60,537 bases of DNA from Escherichia coli (GCF_003334255.1 NZ_QOWU01000027.1), one strand, 5' to 3'. Shown: positions 31,209 to 45,736, numbered from the stretch's first letter. Program-made: numbers and translations. Notes: a model not told the origin generated them from the letters alone.

Positions 31209-31470
31209 GCGCTCCTGTCATGTGCATTGCTTCATATAATCACTGGCGCAAGGAGCGCGCAGGGGGCGGCCAATCGCCGCCGCCCCCTGCACCCCCGGGC
31301 TCTGGCGAACAAAATCGCCGCTGCGCGGTGCCCTCGGCTTATCCCTTACGGCTACCGGGTCGGGCGCGAGGTAACATCCCTGTAAAACGCGCCCTCAGCC
31401 CACATCCATGTGGGCTGCCCCGGCCTTCAGGGAACGCCTCGGCAATTTTGACGCCACCAAACAACCGTGC
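31209..31470. other. GC-rich, multi-hairpin intergenic island between the convergent genes yohP and dusC
   Basis: Inverted repeats GCGCTCCT/AGGAGCGC (31209-31216 / 31251-31258). Hairpins at 31259-31290 (12-bp stem), 31362-31394 (7-bp stem) and 31396-31417 (10-bp perfect palindrome). The flanks are AT-rich. Confidence 0.5.
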
Positions 31471-31521
31471 GGCCTATTGATAAAGAGCTAACACATTGTC
31501 AAAAAACATCACTATGGTTTT

Positions 31522-32469
31522 TTAGAGTTTCTCGATATCAATTGCCTGAATAGCCCTTGCAATATCAGGGGAATTATTCAACACCCGAACATGCTGAAAT
31601 AATTCCGTTGCTTCATCGTATTCTTTACGCAAATAACTCAACCACTGTTTAATCCGCGCAACGTGATATAACCCGGTATCGCCCTGCTTTTCCAGACGGG
31701 TATATTTTTGCAGCAAAGCAACCACCTCCGGCCACGGCATTCGCGGTTCGTTATATTTTACCACCCGGCTCAGGTTGGGAATATTGAGCGCCCCGCGACC
31801 AATCATCACTGCGTCGCAGCCGCTGATCGCCATGCATTGTTGCGCGCTCTGCCAGTCCCAGATTTCACCGTTGGCAATCACCGGAATATTCAGCCGCTGG
31901 CGAATATCGCCAATCGCCTGCCAGTCAATATGCTCCGCGCGGTAACCCTGCTCTTTCGTCCGCCCATGCACCACCAGCTCCGTAGCGCCAGCCTGTTGAA
32001 CCGCATCGGCGATTTCAAATTTCTTCTCACCGCTGTCCCAGCCCAGACGCACTTTCACGCTGACGGGCAAATGCGCCGGTACAGCTTCACGCATCGCTTT
32101 TGCACCCTGGTAGATGAGTTCAGGATCTTTGAGTAACGTCGCCCCGCCGCCGCTACCGTTAACCGTTTTCGACGGGCAGCCGCAATTGAGATCCACGCCC
32201 CAGGAACCTAACTCCACCGCACGGGCGGCGTTCTCTGCCAGCCATTGTGGGAACTGACCTAACAACTGCACGCGCACCAGCGTACCAGATGGTGTCCGGC
32301 TGGCGTTTTGTAGCTCAGGGCAAATGCGATGAAAGACTTTTACCGGCAGCAGTTGATCCACCACGCGGACAAACTCGGTGATGCACAGATCGTAGTCGTT
32401 AACTTCGGTCAGCAATTCACGCACCAGAGAGTCAAGCACTCCCTCCATCGGTGCCAGTAACACACGCAT
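31522..32469 (-). CDS. dusC: tRNA-dihydrouridine(16) synthase DusC
   Basis: DUS-family sequence ([13 protein letters not shown]); 315 aa from the ATG at 32469. Confidence 0.95.
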
Positions 32470-32671
32470 ATCATCACCCGCAAAAAAATGAGGCGCTATG
32501 TTAGCGCCTATGGTCAGCGGATTAAAGGTCTGCAAAGAGGGATTGCTGCAAACTGCAATCCCTCTCTATGCTTGATGTATGCCTGAGTTCGCTGCGCATT
32601 GCGTAATGCCGGGGAGCGAAAAAATAAGCGCTGATTTCTTAATGTGATCGGTAGCACGTTTTACGAATTAA

Positions 32672-33798
<1,127 letters not shown>

Positions 33799-33802
33799 AA
33801 TT

Positions 33803-33868
33803 TGCGATGCGTCGCGCATTTTTGATGTATGTTTCACGCGTTGCATAATTAATGAGATTCAGATCACA
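33803..33868 (+). promoter_or_regulatory. cdd promoter control region: two CRP sites flanking a CytR motif
   Basis: TGAGAttcagaTCACA (33853-33868) and TGCGAtgcgtcGCGCA (33803-33818) have centres 50 bp apart, as described for the CRP-1 and CRP-2 sites of cddP. GTTGCATA (33839-33846) lies between them and resembles the CytR recognition motif. Confidence 0.7.
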
Positions 33869-33927
33869 TATAAAGCCACAACGGGTTCGTAAACTGTTAT
33901 CCCATTACATGATTATGAGGCAACGCC

Positions 33928-35923
<1,996 letters not shown>

Positions 35924-36007
35924 TATTCCCCTCTCCAGTTAATTATTGAGAATAATTATTACTTCACCTGATAAGCTGCGGATATCACATTCCTAACCGC
36001 AGCTATT

Positions 36008-36023
36008 TGTGAATCTTTTCACA
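36008..36023. promoter_or_regulatory. Predicted CRP site upstream of preT
   Basis: TGTGAatctttTCACA has perfect consensus half-sites. Its centre is ~100 nt upstream of the preT ATG. Confidence 0.5.
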
Positions 36024-36116
36024 GTTTAAATTCCCCCGCACGCTTAGCCTTAATATCAGTACATTATTATTTACTAAACGCTCGCCTTAATTACCTATAG
36101 CATTAAGGAAGATCAC

Positions 36117-37355
36117 ATGCCGCAACAAAATTATCTGGATGAACTCACTCCGGCTTTTACGTCTTTACTGGCGATTAAAGAAGCCTCTCGCTGTTTATTA
36201 TGTCACGACGCTCCCTGTAGTCAGGCTTGCCCGGCACAGACCGATCCGGGGAAATTTATTCGCTCAATCTACTTTCGTAATTTTAAAGGCGCTGCCGAGA
36301 CAATTCGCGAAAATAATGCCCTCGGTGCCGTTTGTGCCAGAGTGTGCCCGACGGAGAAATTATGCCAAAGCGGTTGTACCCGTGCCGGTGTTGATGCTCC
36401 CATTGATATCGGCCGCTTACAGCGTTTTGTTACTGATTTTGAACAACAAACCGGAATGGAAATTTATCAGCCCGGTACTAAAACGCTCGGCAAAGTCGCG
36501 ATTATTGGCGCAGGTCCTGCCGGATTGCAGGCCAGTGTGACACTGACAAACCAGGGTTATGACGTCACGATTTATGAGAAAGAAGCGCACCCCGGTGGCT
36601 GGTTGCGTAACGGTATTCCGCAATTCCGGTTACCGCAATCAGTGCTGGATGCAGAGATCGCCCGTATTGAAAAAATGGGCGTGACCATTAAGTGCAACAA
36701 CGAAGTCGGTAACACACTCACCCTTGAGCAGCTGAAAGCAGAAAACCGCGCGGTACTGGTCACCGTGGGGTTATCAAGCGGTTCCGGGCTACCGCTGTTT
36801 GAGCATAGTGACGTTGAGATTGCCGTCGACTTCTTGCAACGTGCACGACAGGCGCAAGGCGATATCAGCATTCCACAAAGCGCATTAATTATCGGCGGCG
36901 GTGATGTCGCGATGGACGTAGCCAGCACGCTGAAAGTTCTCGGCTGTCAGGCGGTAACTTGCGTAGCGCGTGAAGAGTTAGATGAGTTTCCGGCAAGCGA
37001 AAAAGAGTTTACCAGCGCCCGGGAGCTGGGCGTTTCGATCATCGATGGATTCACGCCAGTAGCCGTGGAAGGCAATAAAGTCACGTTTAAGCATGTACGG
37101 TTATCGGGCGAACTGACGATGGCGGCAGATAAAATTATTCTCGCCGTCGGTCAGCATGCCAGACTAGATGCCTTTGCGGAGTTAGAGCCGCAGCGTAACA
37201 CCATCAAAACACAAAATTACCAGACCCGCGACCCGCAAGTCTTTGCTGCTGGCGATATTGTTGAGGGTGACAAAACCGTGGTCTATGCCGTGAAAACCGG
37301 GAAAGAAGCCGCCGAGGCGATTCATCACTATTTAGAGGGAGCTTGCTCATGTTAA
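36117..37355 (+). CDS. preT: NAD-dependent dihydropyrimidine dehydrogenase subunit PreT
   Basis: N-terminal Cys clusters ([29 protein letters not shown]) and a GAGPAG dinucleotide fold. Confidence 0.95.
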   Translation: MPQQNYLDELTPAFTSLLAIKEASRCLLCHDAPCSQACPAQTDPGKFIRSIYFRNFKGAAETIRENNALGAVCARVCPTEKLCQSGCTRAGVDAPIDIGRLQRFVTDFEQQTGMEIYQPGTKTLGKVAIIGAGPAGLQASVTLTNQGYDVTIYEKEAHPGGWLRNGIPQFRLPQSVLDAEIARIEKMGVTIKCNNEVGNTLTLEQLKAENRAVLVTVGLSSGSGLPLFEHSDVEIAVDFLQRARQAQGDISIPQSALIIGGGDVAMDVASTLKVLGCQAVTCVAREELDEFPASEKEFTSARELGVSIIDGFTPVAVEGNKVTFKHVRLSGELTMAADKIILAVGQHARLDAFAELEPQRNTIKTQNYQTRDPQVFAAGDIVEGDKTVVYAVKTGKEAAEAIHHYLEGACSC

Positions 37356-38584
37356 CGAAAGATCTTTCGATTACTTTTTGCGGCGTGAAGTTTCCCAACC
37401 CGTTCTGCCTCTCTTCTTCGCCGGTAGGCAACTGCTATGAGATGTGTGCCAAAGCCTACGACACAGGTTGGGGCGGTGTGGTGTTTAAAACGATCGGCTT
37501 TTTTATCGCCAACGAAGTCTCGCCGCGTTTTGATCATCTGGTGAAAGAAGATACCGGTTTTATCGGCTTCAAAAATATGGAGCAGATTGCTGAACATCCG
37601 TTGGAAGAGAATCTGGCCGCCCTGCGTCGGCTGAAGGAAGATTACCCGGACAAAGTATTGATCGCTTCGATCATGGGGGAAAATGAGCAGCAATGGGAGG
37701 AGCTGGCGCGCCTGGTGCAAGAAGCTGGCGCGGATATGATCGAGTGTAACTTCTCCTGTCCGCAAATGACTTCTCATGCGATGGGTAGCGATGTCGGGCA
37801 AAGCCCGGAGCTGGTAGAAAAATATTGTCGGGCAGTGAAACGGGGTTCCACGCTGCCAATGCTGGCGAAGATGACGCCGAATATCGGTGATATGTGCGAA
37901 GTGGCGCTGGCGGCGAAGCGCGGCGGCGCAGATGGCATTGCGGCGATTAACACCGTTAAATCCATCACCAATATCGATCTTAATCAGAAAATCGGTATGC
38001 CGATCGTTAACGGAAAATCGAGTATTTCCGGATATTCCGGTAAAGCGGTAAAACCGATCGCCCTGCGCTTCATTCAGCAAATGCGCACCCATCCAGAACT
38101 GCGCGATTTCCCAATCAGCGGTATCGGCGGCATTGAAACCTGGGAGGATGCGGCTGAGTTTTTATTGCTCGGCGCAGCAACGTTACAGGTGACCACCGGC
38201 ATCATGCAGTACGGGTATCGGATAGTGGAAGATATGGCAAGCGGGTTGTCGCATTATCTCGCCGATCAGGGATTTGATTCGCTGCAGGAGATGGTAGGTC
38301 TGGCGAATAACAATATTGTCCCGGCGGAAGATTTAGACCGCAGTTATATTGTCTATCCCCGTATCAATCTTGATAAATGTGTTGGCTGTGGACGCTGTTA
38401 TATTTCCTGTTACGACGGCGGTCACCAGGCGATGGAATGGAGCGAGAAAACCCGCACACCGCATTGTAATACCGAGAAATGTGTGGGTTGTCTGCTTTGT
38501 GGTCACGTCTGCCCGGTGGGTTGTATTGAGCTCGGGGAAGTGAAGTTTAAGAAAGGCGAGAAAGAACACCCGGTAACGTTGTAA
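37349..38584 (+). CDS. preA: NAD-dependent dihydropyrimidine dehydrogenase subunit PreA
   Basis: Dihydroorotate-dehydrogenase-like core plus two C-terminal ferredoxin motifs ([23 protein letters not shown]). The ATG at 37349 overlaps the end of preT, with GAGGGA upstream. Confidence 0.95.
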   Translation: MLTKDLSITFCGVKFPNPFCLSSSPVGNCYEMCAKAYDTGWGGVVFKTIGFFIANEVSPRFDHLVKEDTGFIGFKNMEQIAEHPLEENLAALRRLKEDYPDKVLIASIMGENEQQWEELARLVQEAGADMIECNFSCPQMTSHAMGSDVGQSPELVEKYCRAVKRGSTLPMLAKMTPNIGDMCEVALAAKRGGADGIAAINTVKSITNIDLNQKIGMPIVNGKSSISGYSGKAVKPIALRFIQQMRTHPELRDFPISGIGGIETWEDAAEFLLLGAATLQVTTGIMQYGYRIVEDMASGLSHYLADQGFDSLQEMVGLANNNIVPAEDLDRSYIVYPRINLDKCVGCGRCYISCYDGGHQAMEWSEKTRTPHCNTEKCVGCLLCGHVCPVGCIELGEVKFKKGEKEHPVTL

Positions 38585-38594
38585 AACCAGAGAC

Positions 38595-38770
38595 GCATCC
38601 GGCATTTGGTTCCTGTCGCCGGATGCGGCTTGAACGCCTTATCCGGCCTACAAAACCATACAAATCAGTATGTTGAGCTTATTGTAGGCCGGATAAAACG
38701 CGCCAGCGTTGCATCCGGCATTTGGCTCCTGTTGCCGGATGCGGCGTGAACGCCTTATCCGGCCTACAAA
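38595..38770. repeat. BIME: a cluster of REP elements in alternating orientation
   Basis: GCCGGATGCGGC(T/G)TGAACGCCTTATCCGGCCTAC occurs at 38618-38651 and 38733-38768. An inverted copy, GTAGGCCGGATAAAACGCGCC..., starts at 38683. The GCATCCGGC...GCCGGATGC hairpin occurs twice. Confidence 0.9.
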
Positions 38771-38826
38771 ACCACACAGATCATGATGTTATGTGCGTTT
38801 ATGACCGAATGCGGACCACATTCACA

Positions 38827-39837
38827 TCATTTCTTACGCGCGTATTTCAGTGAATCCAGCGCTACGGCGAAGATAATAATCGCCCCTTTGATGATGTACT
38901 GCCAGTATGGGTTTACGCCGATATACGTCAGGCCATAGTTGATGACGGTAAAAATAATTACCCCGGTCACCACGCCAATCACCGTCCCCACACCGCCGCT
39001 GAACGATACACCGCCTACCACGCACGCCGCGATAGCATCCAGCTCATACATAAAGCCGAGGTTGTTGGTGGCAGAGCCGATACGTCCGGCTTCTAACATC
39101 CCGCCAAAGGCATAGAACACGCCAGACAACGCGTAGATCATCAGCAGGTTCAGGCCGACGTTGACACCAGATACTTTTGCCGCTTCCGGGTTACCGCCAA
39201 TGGCAAAAATGTTCTTACCGAAGCGGGTTTTGTTCCACAACACCCAGACGAACGCCACCGCAATCAACGCGTAGAAGGTGATGTAAGAGAGACGGAAACT
39301 CCCCAGCGCGACAAAGCCCTGAGCAAAGGTAGAGAAGCCACTGTCAAAACCAGAAATTGGCGACGCCCCGACAAAGTCGTAATAGAGCGAGTTGATGCCA
39401 TAGACGATGATCATCGTGCCGAGCGTGGTAATGAACGGCGTCACGTTGAGATAAGCGATAATCAGACCGTTGATCAAACCGATCACCGCACCAATGGCAC
39501 AGACAATCAGAATAACCAGCGCAATCGGCATCGTCGCCATTTCCGGGAACACTTTGTTGGCGTTATCCATGGACTGCAATAATGTCGCAGCCACCACTGC
39601 CGCCAGCCCTACCTGACGACCAGCAGAAAGATCGGTCCCCTGGGTGACAATTAACCCTGCCACACCGAGCGCGATAATAATACGCACCGATGACTGGGTG
39701 AGAATATTACTTAAGTTCAACAGACTTAAAAATGTTGGGTCCTGGAAAATAATAATCGCCAGCAAAACTAAAAGAACGACGTAAATACCGCCCTCTTTCA
39801 GGTAAGTAAGAAAACTTTTCTTATTTAACGCACTCAT
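38827..39837 (-). CDS. mglC: Galactose/methyl-galactoside ABC transporter permease MglC
   Basis: 336-aa polytopic membrane ORF. Confidence 0.96.
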   Translation of the reverse strand: MSALNKKSFLTYLKEGGIYVVLLVLLAIIIFQDPTFLSLLNLSNILTQSSVRIIIALGVAGLIVTQGTDLSAGRQVGLAAVVAATLLQSMDNANKVFPEMATMPIALVILIVCAIGAVIGLINGLIIAYLNVTPFITTLGTMIIVYGINSLYYDFVGASPISGFDSGFSTFAQGFVALGSFRLSYITFYALIAVAFVWVLWNKTRFGKNIFAIGGNPEAAKVSGVNVGLNLLMIYALSGVFYAFGGMLEAGRIGSATNNLGFMYELDAIAACVVGGVSFSGGVGTVIGVVTGVIIFTVINYGLTYIGVNPYWQYIIKGAIIIFAVALDSLKYARKK

Positions 39838-39852
39838 GGGAAGCCCCTAATC

Positions 39853-41373
39853 TTAAAGGTGCAAAGACGCAAGACGCAGAATTTCGTTTTGCGTTGTTGT
39901 TTTTGTATCGACAATTCCGGAAACGAGACCATTGCTCATGACCAGAATACGGTCTGTTATCCCTAACAACTCAGGCATTTCAGAGGAGATAATAATAATC
40001 CCCTTGCCTTTCTTCGCCAGTTCGGCAATTAACTGATAAATTTCAAACTTCGCCCCGACATCAATACCGCGCGTCGGTTCATCGAGCATTAATATTTCTG
40101 GTTGCGTTAGTAGCCAGCGACCAATAATCACCTTTTGCTGATTACCACCGGAGAGCGAACCAATTTGCGTCCGATGACCCGGCGTTTTTACCCGCATCGA
40201 ATCAATCACCCACTGGGTATCGCTTTTCATCCGCGAGTTATCCAGTAAACCAACTTTATTTTTGTAGTTGCGAATATTGGAAATTAACGAGTTAAAACCA
40301 ATATCCAGATAGGCATAAATTCCCGTTGAGCGGCGCTCCTCAGTTACCAGTGCAAATCCATGGTTTATGGCTTCGTTGGCATTATGGTTATTGATCTGTT
40401 TGCCGTGCAACGTTATGGTGCCAGCCGATTTCTCGCGAATACCAAATAACGTCTCAACAATATCGGTACGTTTCGCCCCCACCAGACCGGCAATACCGAG
40501 GATCTCCCCTTTATGCAGATCAAACGAGACATCGCGAATCGACGGCTGGCGCAGTGACGTCAGGTTACGTACCTCGAGGATGACTTCGCCCGGTTTGTTT
40601 TCTTTGTCAGGGAAACGCTGGTTAAGAGAACGCCCAACCATCATGGCGATGATCTTGTCCATCGTCAGTCCTGCCAGCGGTTCGGTGGCGATCCACTGAC
40701 CGTCGCGCAATACGGTAACTTCATCACATAACTGGAAGATTTCTTCCATTTTATGCGAGATATAAACAATACCGCAGCCGCGCTCTTTTAATTTACGAAT
40801 AATAGTGAACAGATGATTGACCTCTTTTTCGGTTAACGAAGAAGTCGGTTCATCCATAATCACAATTTTCGCGTTATAGGAAAACGCTTTGGCGATTTCG
40901 ATCATCTGCATTTGCGAAACGGATAATGTGCCGACGCGCGCACGCGGATCGATATCAATATCCAGTTCGTCAAAAATCGCTTTGGTTTCGCGGTACATTT
41001 TGTCCTGATCGACAAACATGCCTTTGGTGGGATATCGCCCCAGCCACATGTTATCCATCACCGAACGTTGTAATACCAGGTTTAACTCCTGGTGTACCAT
41101 CGAAATACCATTTTCCAGGGCTTCTTTTGCAGAATGGAAATCGATCTCTTTACCCTGGAATAAAATGGTGCCGGAGTCTTTTTGATAAATACCAAACAGG
41201 CATTTTAATAATGTCGATTTTCCTGCACCGTTTTCCCCCATTAATGCATGGATAGAATGTGGCCGGACTTTTAAATTAACGTTATCAAGTGCCTTAACAC
41301 CAGGAAAGGACTTGTTGATACCGCTCATTTCCAACAAGTATTCCCCGGAGGACGGAGTCGTTGAGCTGACCAT
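39853..41373 (-). CDS. mglA: Galactose/methyl-galactoside ABC transporter ATPase MglA
   Basis: Duplicated ABC cassette: GENGAGKST and LSGGNQQKV; 506 aa. Confidence 0.97.
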
Positions 41374-41402
41374 ATAATTTTACCTTGTTGGCCATACAAT
41401 AA

Positions 41403-41425
41403 GGGCGCAGTAATAGACTGCGCCC
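41403..41425 (-). promoter_or_regulatory. Intercistronic GC hairpin between mglB and mglA
   Basis: GGGCGCAGT-aatag-ACTGCGCCC, a 9-bp stem. It may act as an mRNA-stabilising or attenuating structure, which would fit the usual expression excess of binding protein over ATPase. Confidence 0.5.
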
Positions 41426-41433
41426 AATCAGTC

Positions 41434-42432
41434 TTATTTCTTGCTGAATTCAGCCAGGTTGTCTTTATCTACGCCAACATAAGGTACGCGGACCACTTTG
41501 TTGTCGATTTTCCAGTTGGTGCCATCAGCCGCACCTTTACCATCGGCCAGGTTTTTCGCCAGATCAAAGGTCGCTTTCGCCTGGTTGTTAGCATCGTTCA
41601 GTACGGTGCCCGCCAGTGCACCGGATTTCACCAGCGCCAGCGCTTCTGGCAGCGCATCGACGCCAAACACCGGAATGCTGGACTTGTTGTGTGCTTTCAG
41701 CGCTTCAACCGCGCCCATTGCCATCGCATCGTTGTTGGCGATAACCACTTCGATTTTGTTGGCGTTCGGGCCAGACAGCCAGGCGTCCATCTTATCTTTC
41801 GCCTGAGCGGTGTCCCACATTGCGGTATCTAACTGTAACTGTTCAGTTTTGATGCCTTTATCGTTCAATTCTTTAATCACGTAAGTGGTACGTGCTTCTG
41901 CATCCGGATGGCCCGGTTCACCTTTCAGCAGTACGAACTGAATCTGACCGTCTTTGTTCAGATCCCAACCCTGATTCGCCGCCCAGTGTTTAGCAATCAA
42001 ATCGCCTTGAATAATGCCGGACTCTTTGGAGTCAGTGCCAACGTAGTAGGCTTTGTCGTAGCTATCCAGCGCCTTACGAGACGGTTCTTTGTTGAAGAAA
42101 ACCACCGGCACGTTTTGCCCACGCGCTTTCTCAATCACCGTACCCGCAGCTGCCGGGTCAACCAGGTTGATTGCCAGTGCCTTCACCCCTTTCGCCAGCA
42201 ATACGTCGATCTGATCGTTCTGCTTGGACTGGTCATTCTGAGAATCATTCATCAGCAGCTGAACATCTGGCGCGGCTTTCGCATCTTGCTCAATAGCCTT
42301 GCGCACTACAGACATAAAGTTATCGTCGTACTTATAGATTGTTACACCAATGCGAGTATCAGCAGCGTGTGCAGCGGCACCGAATAACATGCTGGCCATC
42401 ACAGCAGACAGGGTTAACACCTTCTTATTCAT
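41434..42432 (-). CDS. mglB: Periplasmic D-galactose/D-glucose-binding protein MglB
   Basis: Signal peptide (FGAAAHA-AD) plus a periplasmic binding protein sequence; 332 aa. Confidence 0.97.
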   Translation of the reverse strand: MNKKVLTLSAVMASMLFGAAAHAADTRIGVTIYKYDDNFMSVVRKAIEQDAKAAPDVQLLMNDSQNDQSKQNDQIDVLLAKGVKALAINLVDPAAAGTVIEKARGQNVPVVFFNKEPSRKALDSYDKAYYVGTDSKESGIIQGDLIAKHWAANQGWDLNKDGQIQFVLLKGEPGHPDAEARTTYVIKELNDKGIKTEQLQLDTAMWDTAQAKDKMDAWLSGPNANKIEVVIANNDAMAMGAVEALKAHNKSSIPVFGVDALPEALALVKSGALAGTVLNDANNQAKATFDLAKNLADGKGAADGTNWKIDNKVVRVPYVGVDKDNLAEFSKK

Positions 42433-42683
42433 GGTATCTCCGGTTTTTCTTATGCAGGGTAGTGCTTGAGATAAATGCTCGGCGGGGCAGTAGAGTTAAT
42501 GAAGTGTTACTGAACGCCGAAGCTCACTTTTTAAAATTCGTTCTTCCATGCCCGGTAACGCTCCAGAAAACGGCTTTAATTGTTGTTATGACGCTGTTAC
42601 CTCGGCAAAAGTGATTATTCACTGTTACATACGGGTTACAACGTTAAAACGGTGCAATCATAGCTATCACATTGTTAAGATAC

Positions 42684-42717
42684 TGTGAAATCACTCACAG
42701 ATTGAAAGCGGTTACAT
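42684..42717 (-). promoter_or_regulatory. mgl promoter control region: CRP site plus GalS/GalR operator
   Basis: TGTGAaatcacTCACA (42684-42699), with perfect half-sites. Adjacent is the operator ATGTAACCGCTTTCAA, read on the minus strand (42702-42717). It resembles the gal operator consensus and overlaps the galS stop codon. Confidence 0.75.
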
Positions 42718-43752
42718 CGCCTGATTTGTTGAGTTAGTGATCGCCGCCGCATTCTGGCGTGTTGCGACAGAATGGCGACGCACTAACGTCGGCATAAAAC
42801 AGTGGCTGGCACGAGGATCAATATTGCCTGCTGCCCCCTGCAAGGCCAGTTCGGTGGCTAATTTCGCCATTGAAGCAATGGGATAACGCACGGTCGTTAA
42901 TTGCGGGTCGGTGTAACGGGCGATGGGAATATCATCGAAACCGATGATTGAGAGATGTAACGGAATCGCAATGCCATTATCTTTTAATGCTGTCAGTGCG
43001 CCAGCGGCCATATTGTCGTTATAAGCAAATACAGCGGTAAGTTGTAGATTGCGCCCCAGCAGTTCAACCATCGCCGCCTCACCGCCCGGCATGTCCGGCG
43101 TACCAGCGCCAATCCAGCTTTCCGGCGGAATAATATCCTGCTCTTTCAACGCACTCATCCAGCCTGCTTTACGCATGGCGTCATCTTCAATGCCGTGGCT
43201 GGAAGAAAGATAACCAATACGTTGATGACCGTTATTCAGCAACATGCGCGTCGCCATTCGGGCACCGCTGAGATTATCCAGGCAAACGCAACGATGGGCG
43301 TACCCCGGCACAACGCGGTTGATTAACACCATACCGGGAATGTTATCCATAAATTGCGCCAGTTCATCGTCACTCAATGCTTTTGAGTGAACAATCAACG
43401 CATTACAACGCTGGCGAATTAACACCTCAATGGCGTGACGCTCTTTTTCCGCTTCATGATAGCTATTGCCGATTAGCACGTATTTCTGATGCTGCTGAGC
43501 GACCAGATCCACCGCTTTTACCAGCGCGCCGAAAAACGCATCAGAAACGTCCATCACCACCACGCCAATGGTGTCGCTAACCTGAGTTGCCAGCGCCTGG
43601 GCATTGGCGTTTGGCCGATAATCCAGCTCACTCACGGCTTTCATTACTGCTTCACGCGTGTCGGCACTGACCAGCGTGCTGTTATTGAGCACCCGGGAAA
43701 CCGTTGCCACAGAGACGCCAGCCTGACGCGCTACATCACGAATGGTGATCAT
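42712..43752 (-). CDS. galS: LacI-family galactose isorepressor GalS
   Basis: [25 protein letters not shown]; 346 aa from the ATG at 43752. Confidence 0.96.
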
Positions 43753-43828
43753 ATTCACTACCTGTTATGAGATTGCAGTAAATGACTGCTTGCTGGCGGC
43801 TATTTTGTCAGCACTGAATACAGGACTT

Positions 43829-43863
43829 CGTGAATCGAGTCACAGCAATGGAAACGGTTACAG
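43829..43863 (-). promoter_or_regulatory. galS promoter control region: CRP site plus gal-type operator
   Basis: CGTGAatcgagTCACA (43829-43844) and CTGTAACCGTTTCCAT on the minus strand (43848-43863). The arrangement is the same as at mgl. Confidence 0.65.
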
Positions 43864-43893
43864 CCGTTTTGTTAACGAATGTGATCCAGATCG

Positions 43894-45051
43894 TTATCTT
43901 GATGTTTTAGATATTGCCGGTCCGGCAGCACGCAAAGTTAACTGACGCCAGAGCCATTCCACCGGCCCCTGGCGGAAGTAACGCAGCCAGATAACAGAGA
44001 AGAGGATATTCGCCAGCCATACCGGAATAACAAACGCCAGCAGCTCCAGGCGGTCAAAATGCATAAACAAACCGAGGTGGTAAAAAAGCGTGGTACAAAT
44101 CAGCGTTTGCAATAGATAGTTGGTCAGCGCCATCCGTCCGACGCAGGCGATCGCAAGCACCAGCTTAAAGCGGCTCAATTGCGGCCAGAAGCCATAAAAC
44201 AGCGACGCATAGCCAATCGCCTGAAACGGCGCACTCAGTTCCCGCGGCATTTGAAGTAAGAAGGCACACCAGCGATACGCCCAGTCCAGCTGCCATTGCA
44301 GGGCGATGGCAGGAAGGTTAATGGTCACCCCAATCGCCACCAGCACAAAACCAGTACGACGATAGTGACGTAAGCTGAACTGCCCTTTCAGCCAGCCGCT
44401 GCGCATCAGCGCCGCACCAATGAGCATCATCCCTGCCAGTTGCCAGCCATACTGTGCGCCCAGTGCCAGTAAACTGTTGCCAACACCATCGGCACGATTA
44501 CTGATCGCTTCAACGCCGCCGTGAAGCTTCCAGTATTTTTCATACAAAATAGCCGATGCATCCGGCGTCCAGGCGCGGCTGGTCTGGCTGTCGGAAATCA
44601 GCCCCAATAACAGCAAAACGCCAAGCCCCACCAGATAAAGCATGACGCCTGTATTAAACAGGCTTTTTACCGATGGCGCATCGCGCACCAGCCGCCAGCA
44701 GATTAAGCCCACCAGCCCGTAAGCCAGCAAAATATCGCCGTCCCAGAACAATAAACCGTGAATAAAGCCCAACAAGACTAACAGCGTTAACCGCGACTGG
44801 ATCCAGCGTCTGCCACGGGGCAGCAACATTTGCAGGCCCGCACCAAACAGTAGCGCAAAAAGCGTGAGGAATTTCACCTGGCCGATGAGATCAAGAAATG
44901 CCCAAGTCCATGCATCCCGCGGCGTAATAGCACCGTACCAGGCGGGATTGAGATAAGCCGCCTTTGGTAGCCCAAAGGCGCTGATGTTTAATAGCAGGAT
45001 CCCCAGAATGGCGACGCCGCGAACAAAATCGAGCGTGACGTTGCGCTCCAT
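43894..45051 (-). CDS. yeiB: DUF418-family inner membrane protein YeiB
   Basis: 385-aa polytopic membrane ORF. Confidence 0.9.
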   Translation of the reverse strand: MERNVTLDFVRGVAILGILLLNISAFGLPKAAYLNPAWYGAITPRDAWTWAFLDLIGQVKFLTLFALLFGAGLQMLLPRGRRWIQSRLTLLVLLGFIHGLLFWDGDILLAYGLVGLICWRLVRDAPSVKSLFNTGVMLYLVGLGVLLLLGLISDSQTSRAWTPDASAILYEKYWKLHGGVEAISNRADGVGNSLLALGAQYGWQLAGMMLIGAALMRSGWLKGQFSLRHYRRTGFVLVAIGVTINLPAIALQWQLDWAYRWCAFLLQMPRELSAPFQAIGYASLFYGFWPQLSRFKLVLAIACVGRMALTNYLLQTLICTTLFYHLGLFMHFDRLELLAFVIPVWLANILFSVIWLRYFRQGPVEWLWRQLTLRAAGPAISKTSR

Positions 45052-45067
45052 GGTTCCTGCCTTTTAA

Positions 45068-45736
45068 TCAGTTGTGATGACGCACAGCGCGCAGAAACTC
45101 GTGGCGCGTATTCTGACTGGATTTGAACAATCCACCAAGAGAGGTCGTTGTCGTGGCACTGGTTGCATCGCGGATGCCACGCGCCTTCACGCAGTAATGC
45201 ACCGCGTCGATCGAGACAGCCACGTTATTGGTGCCCAGCAGCGTTTGTAGCGCAATAAGAATTTGCTGCGTCAGACGTTCCTGCACCTGCGGACGCTGGG
45301 CAAAGAACTGCACAATGCGGTTAATTTTTGACAGACCGATCACCGAATCTTTCGGGATATAGGCCACCGTCGCTTTGCCATCGATGGTAACAAAATGGTG
45401 TTCACAGGTGCTGGTCAGAGTGATATCGCGCACGGTGACCATTTCATCGACCTTCATTTTGTTTTCAATGAGGGTGATTTTCGGGAAATTGGCGTAATCC
45501 AGACCGGAGAAAATTTCATCGACATACATTTTAGCGATGCGATGCGGCGTTTCCATCAAACTGTCATCAGCCAGGTCGAGATTCAGCAGCTGCATGATTT
45601 CGGTCATATGACCAGCAATAAGGCTTTTGCGCGTTTCGTTATCCATTTCATGCACGGGCGGGCGCAGCGGTGTTTCCAGTCCTCGCGCAACTAACGCTTC
45701 ATGAACCAGGGCCGCTTCTTTACTGAGTGATGGCAT
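45068..45736 (-). CDS. folE: GTP cyclohydrolase I
   Basis: The 222-aa product matches recalled FolE ([13 protein letters not shown]..., TSTCEHHFV). Confidence 0.97.

Noticed and set aside
31220-31480. 86-aa ORF inside the GC-rich island
   Set aside because: The Pro/Gly/Arg/Ala-rich translation is driven by GC content. There is no SD, and the region is better explained by its nested hairpins.
37352-38092. 246-aa ORF on the minus strand
   Set aside because: It is antisense to preA, which has clear family motifs; a shadow ORF.
38595-38770. Possible CRISPR array (repeated ~35-nt units); similar clusters at 54879-54969
   Set aside because: The units match the palindromic REP consensus (GCCGGATGCGGCGTGAACGCCTTATCCGGCCTAC) and occur in alternating orientation with irregular spacing. 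No cas genes are present.
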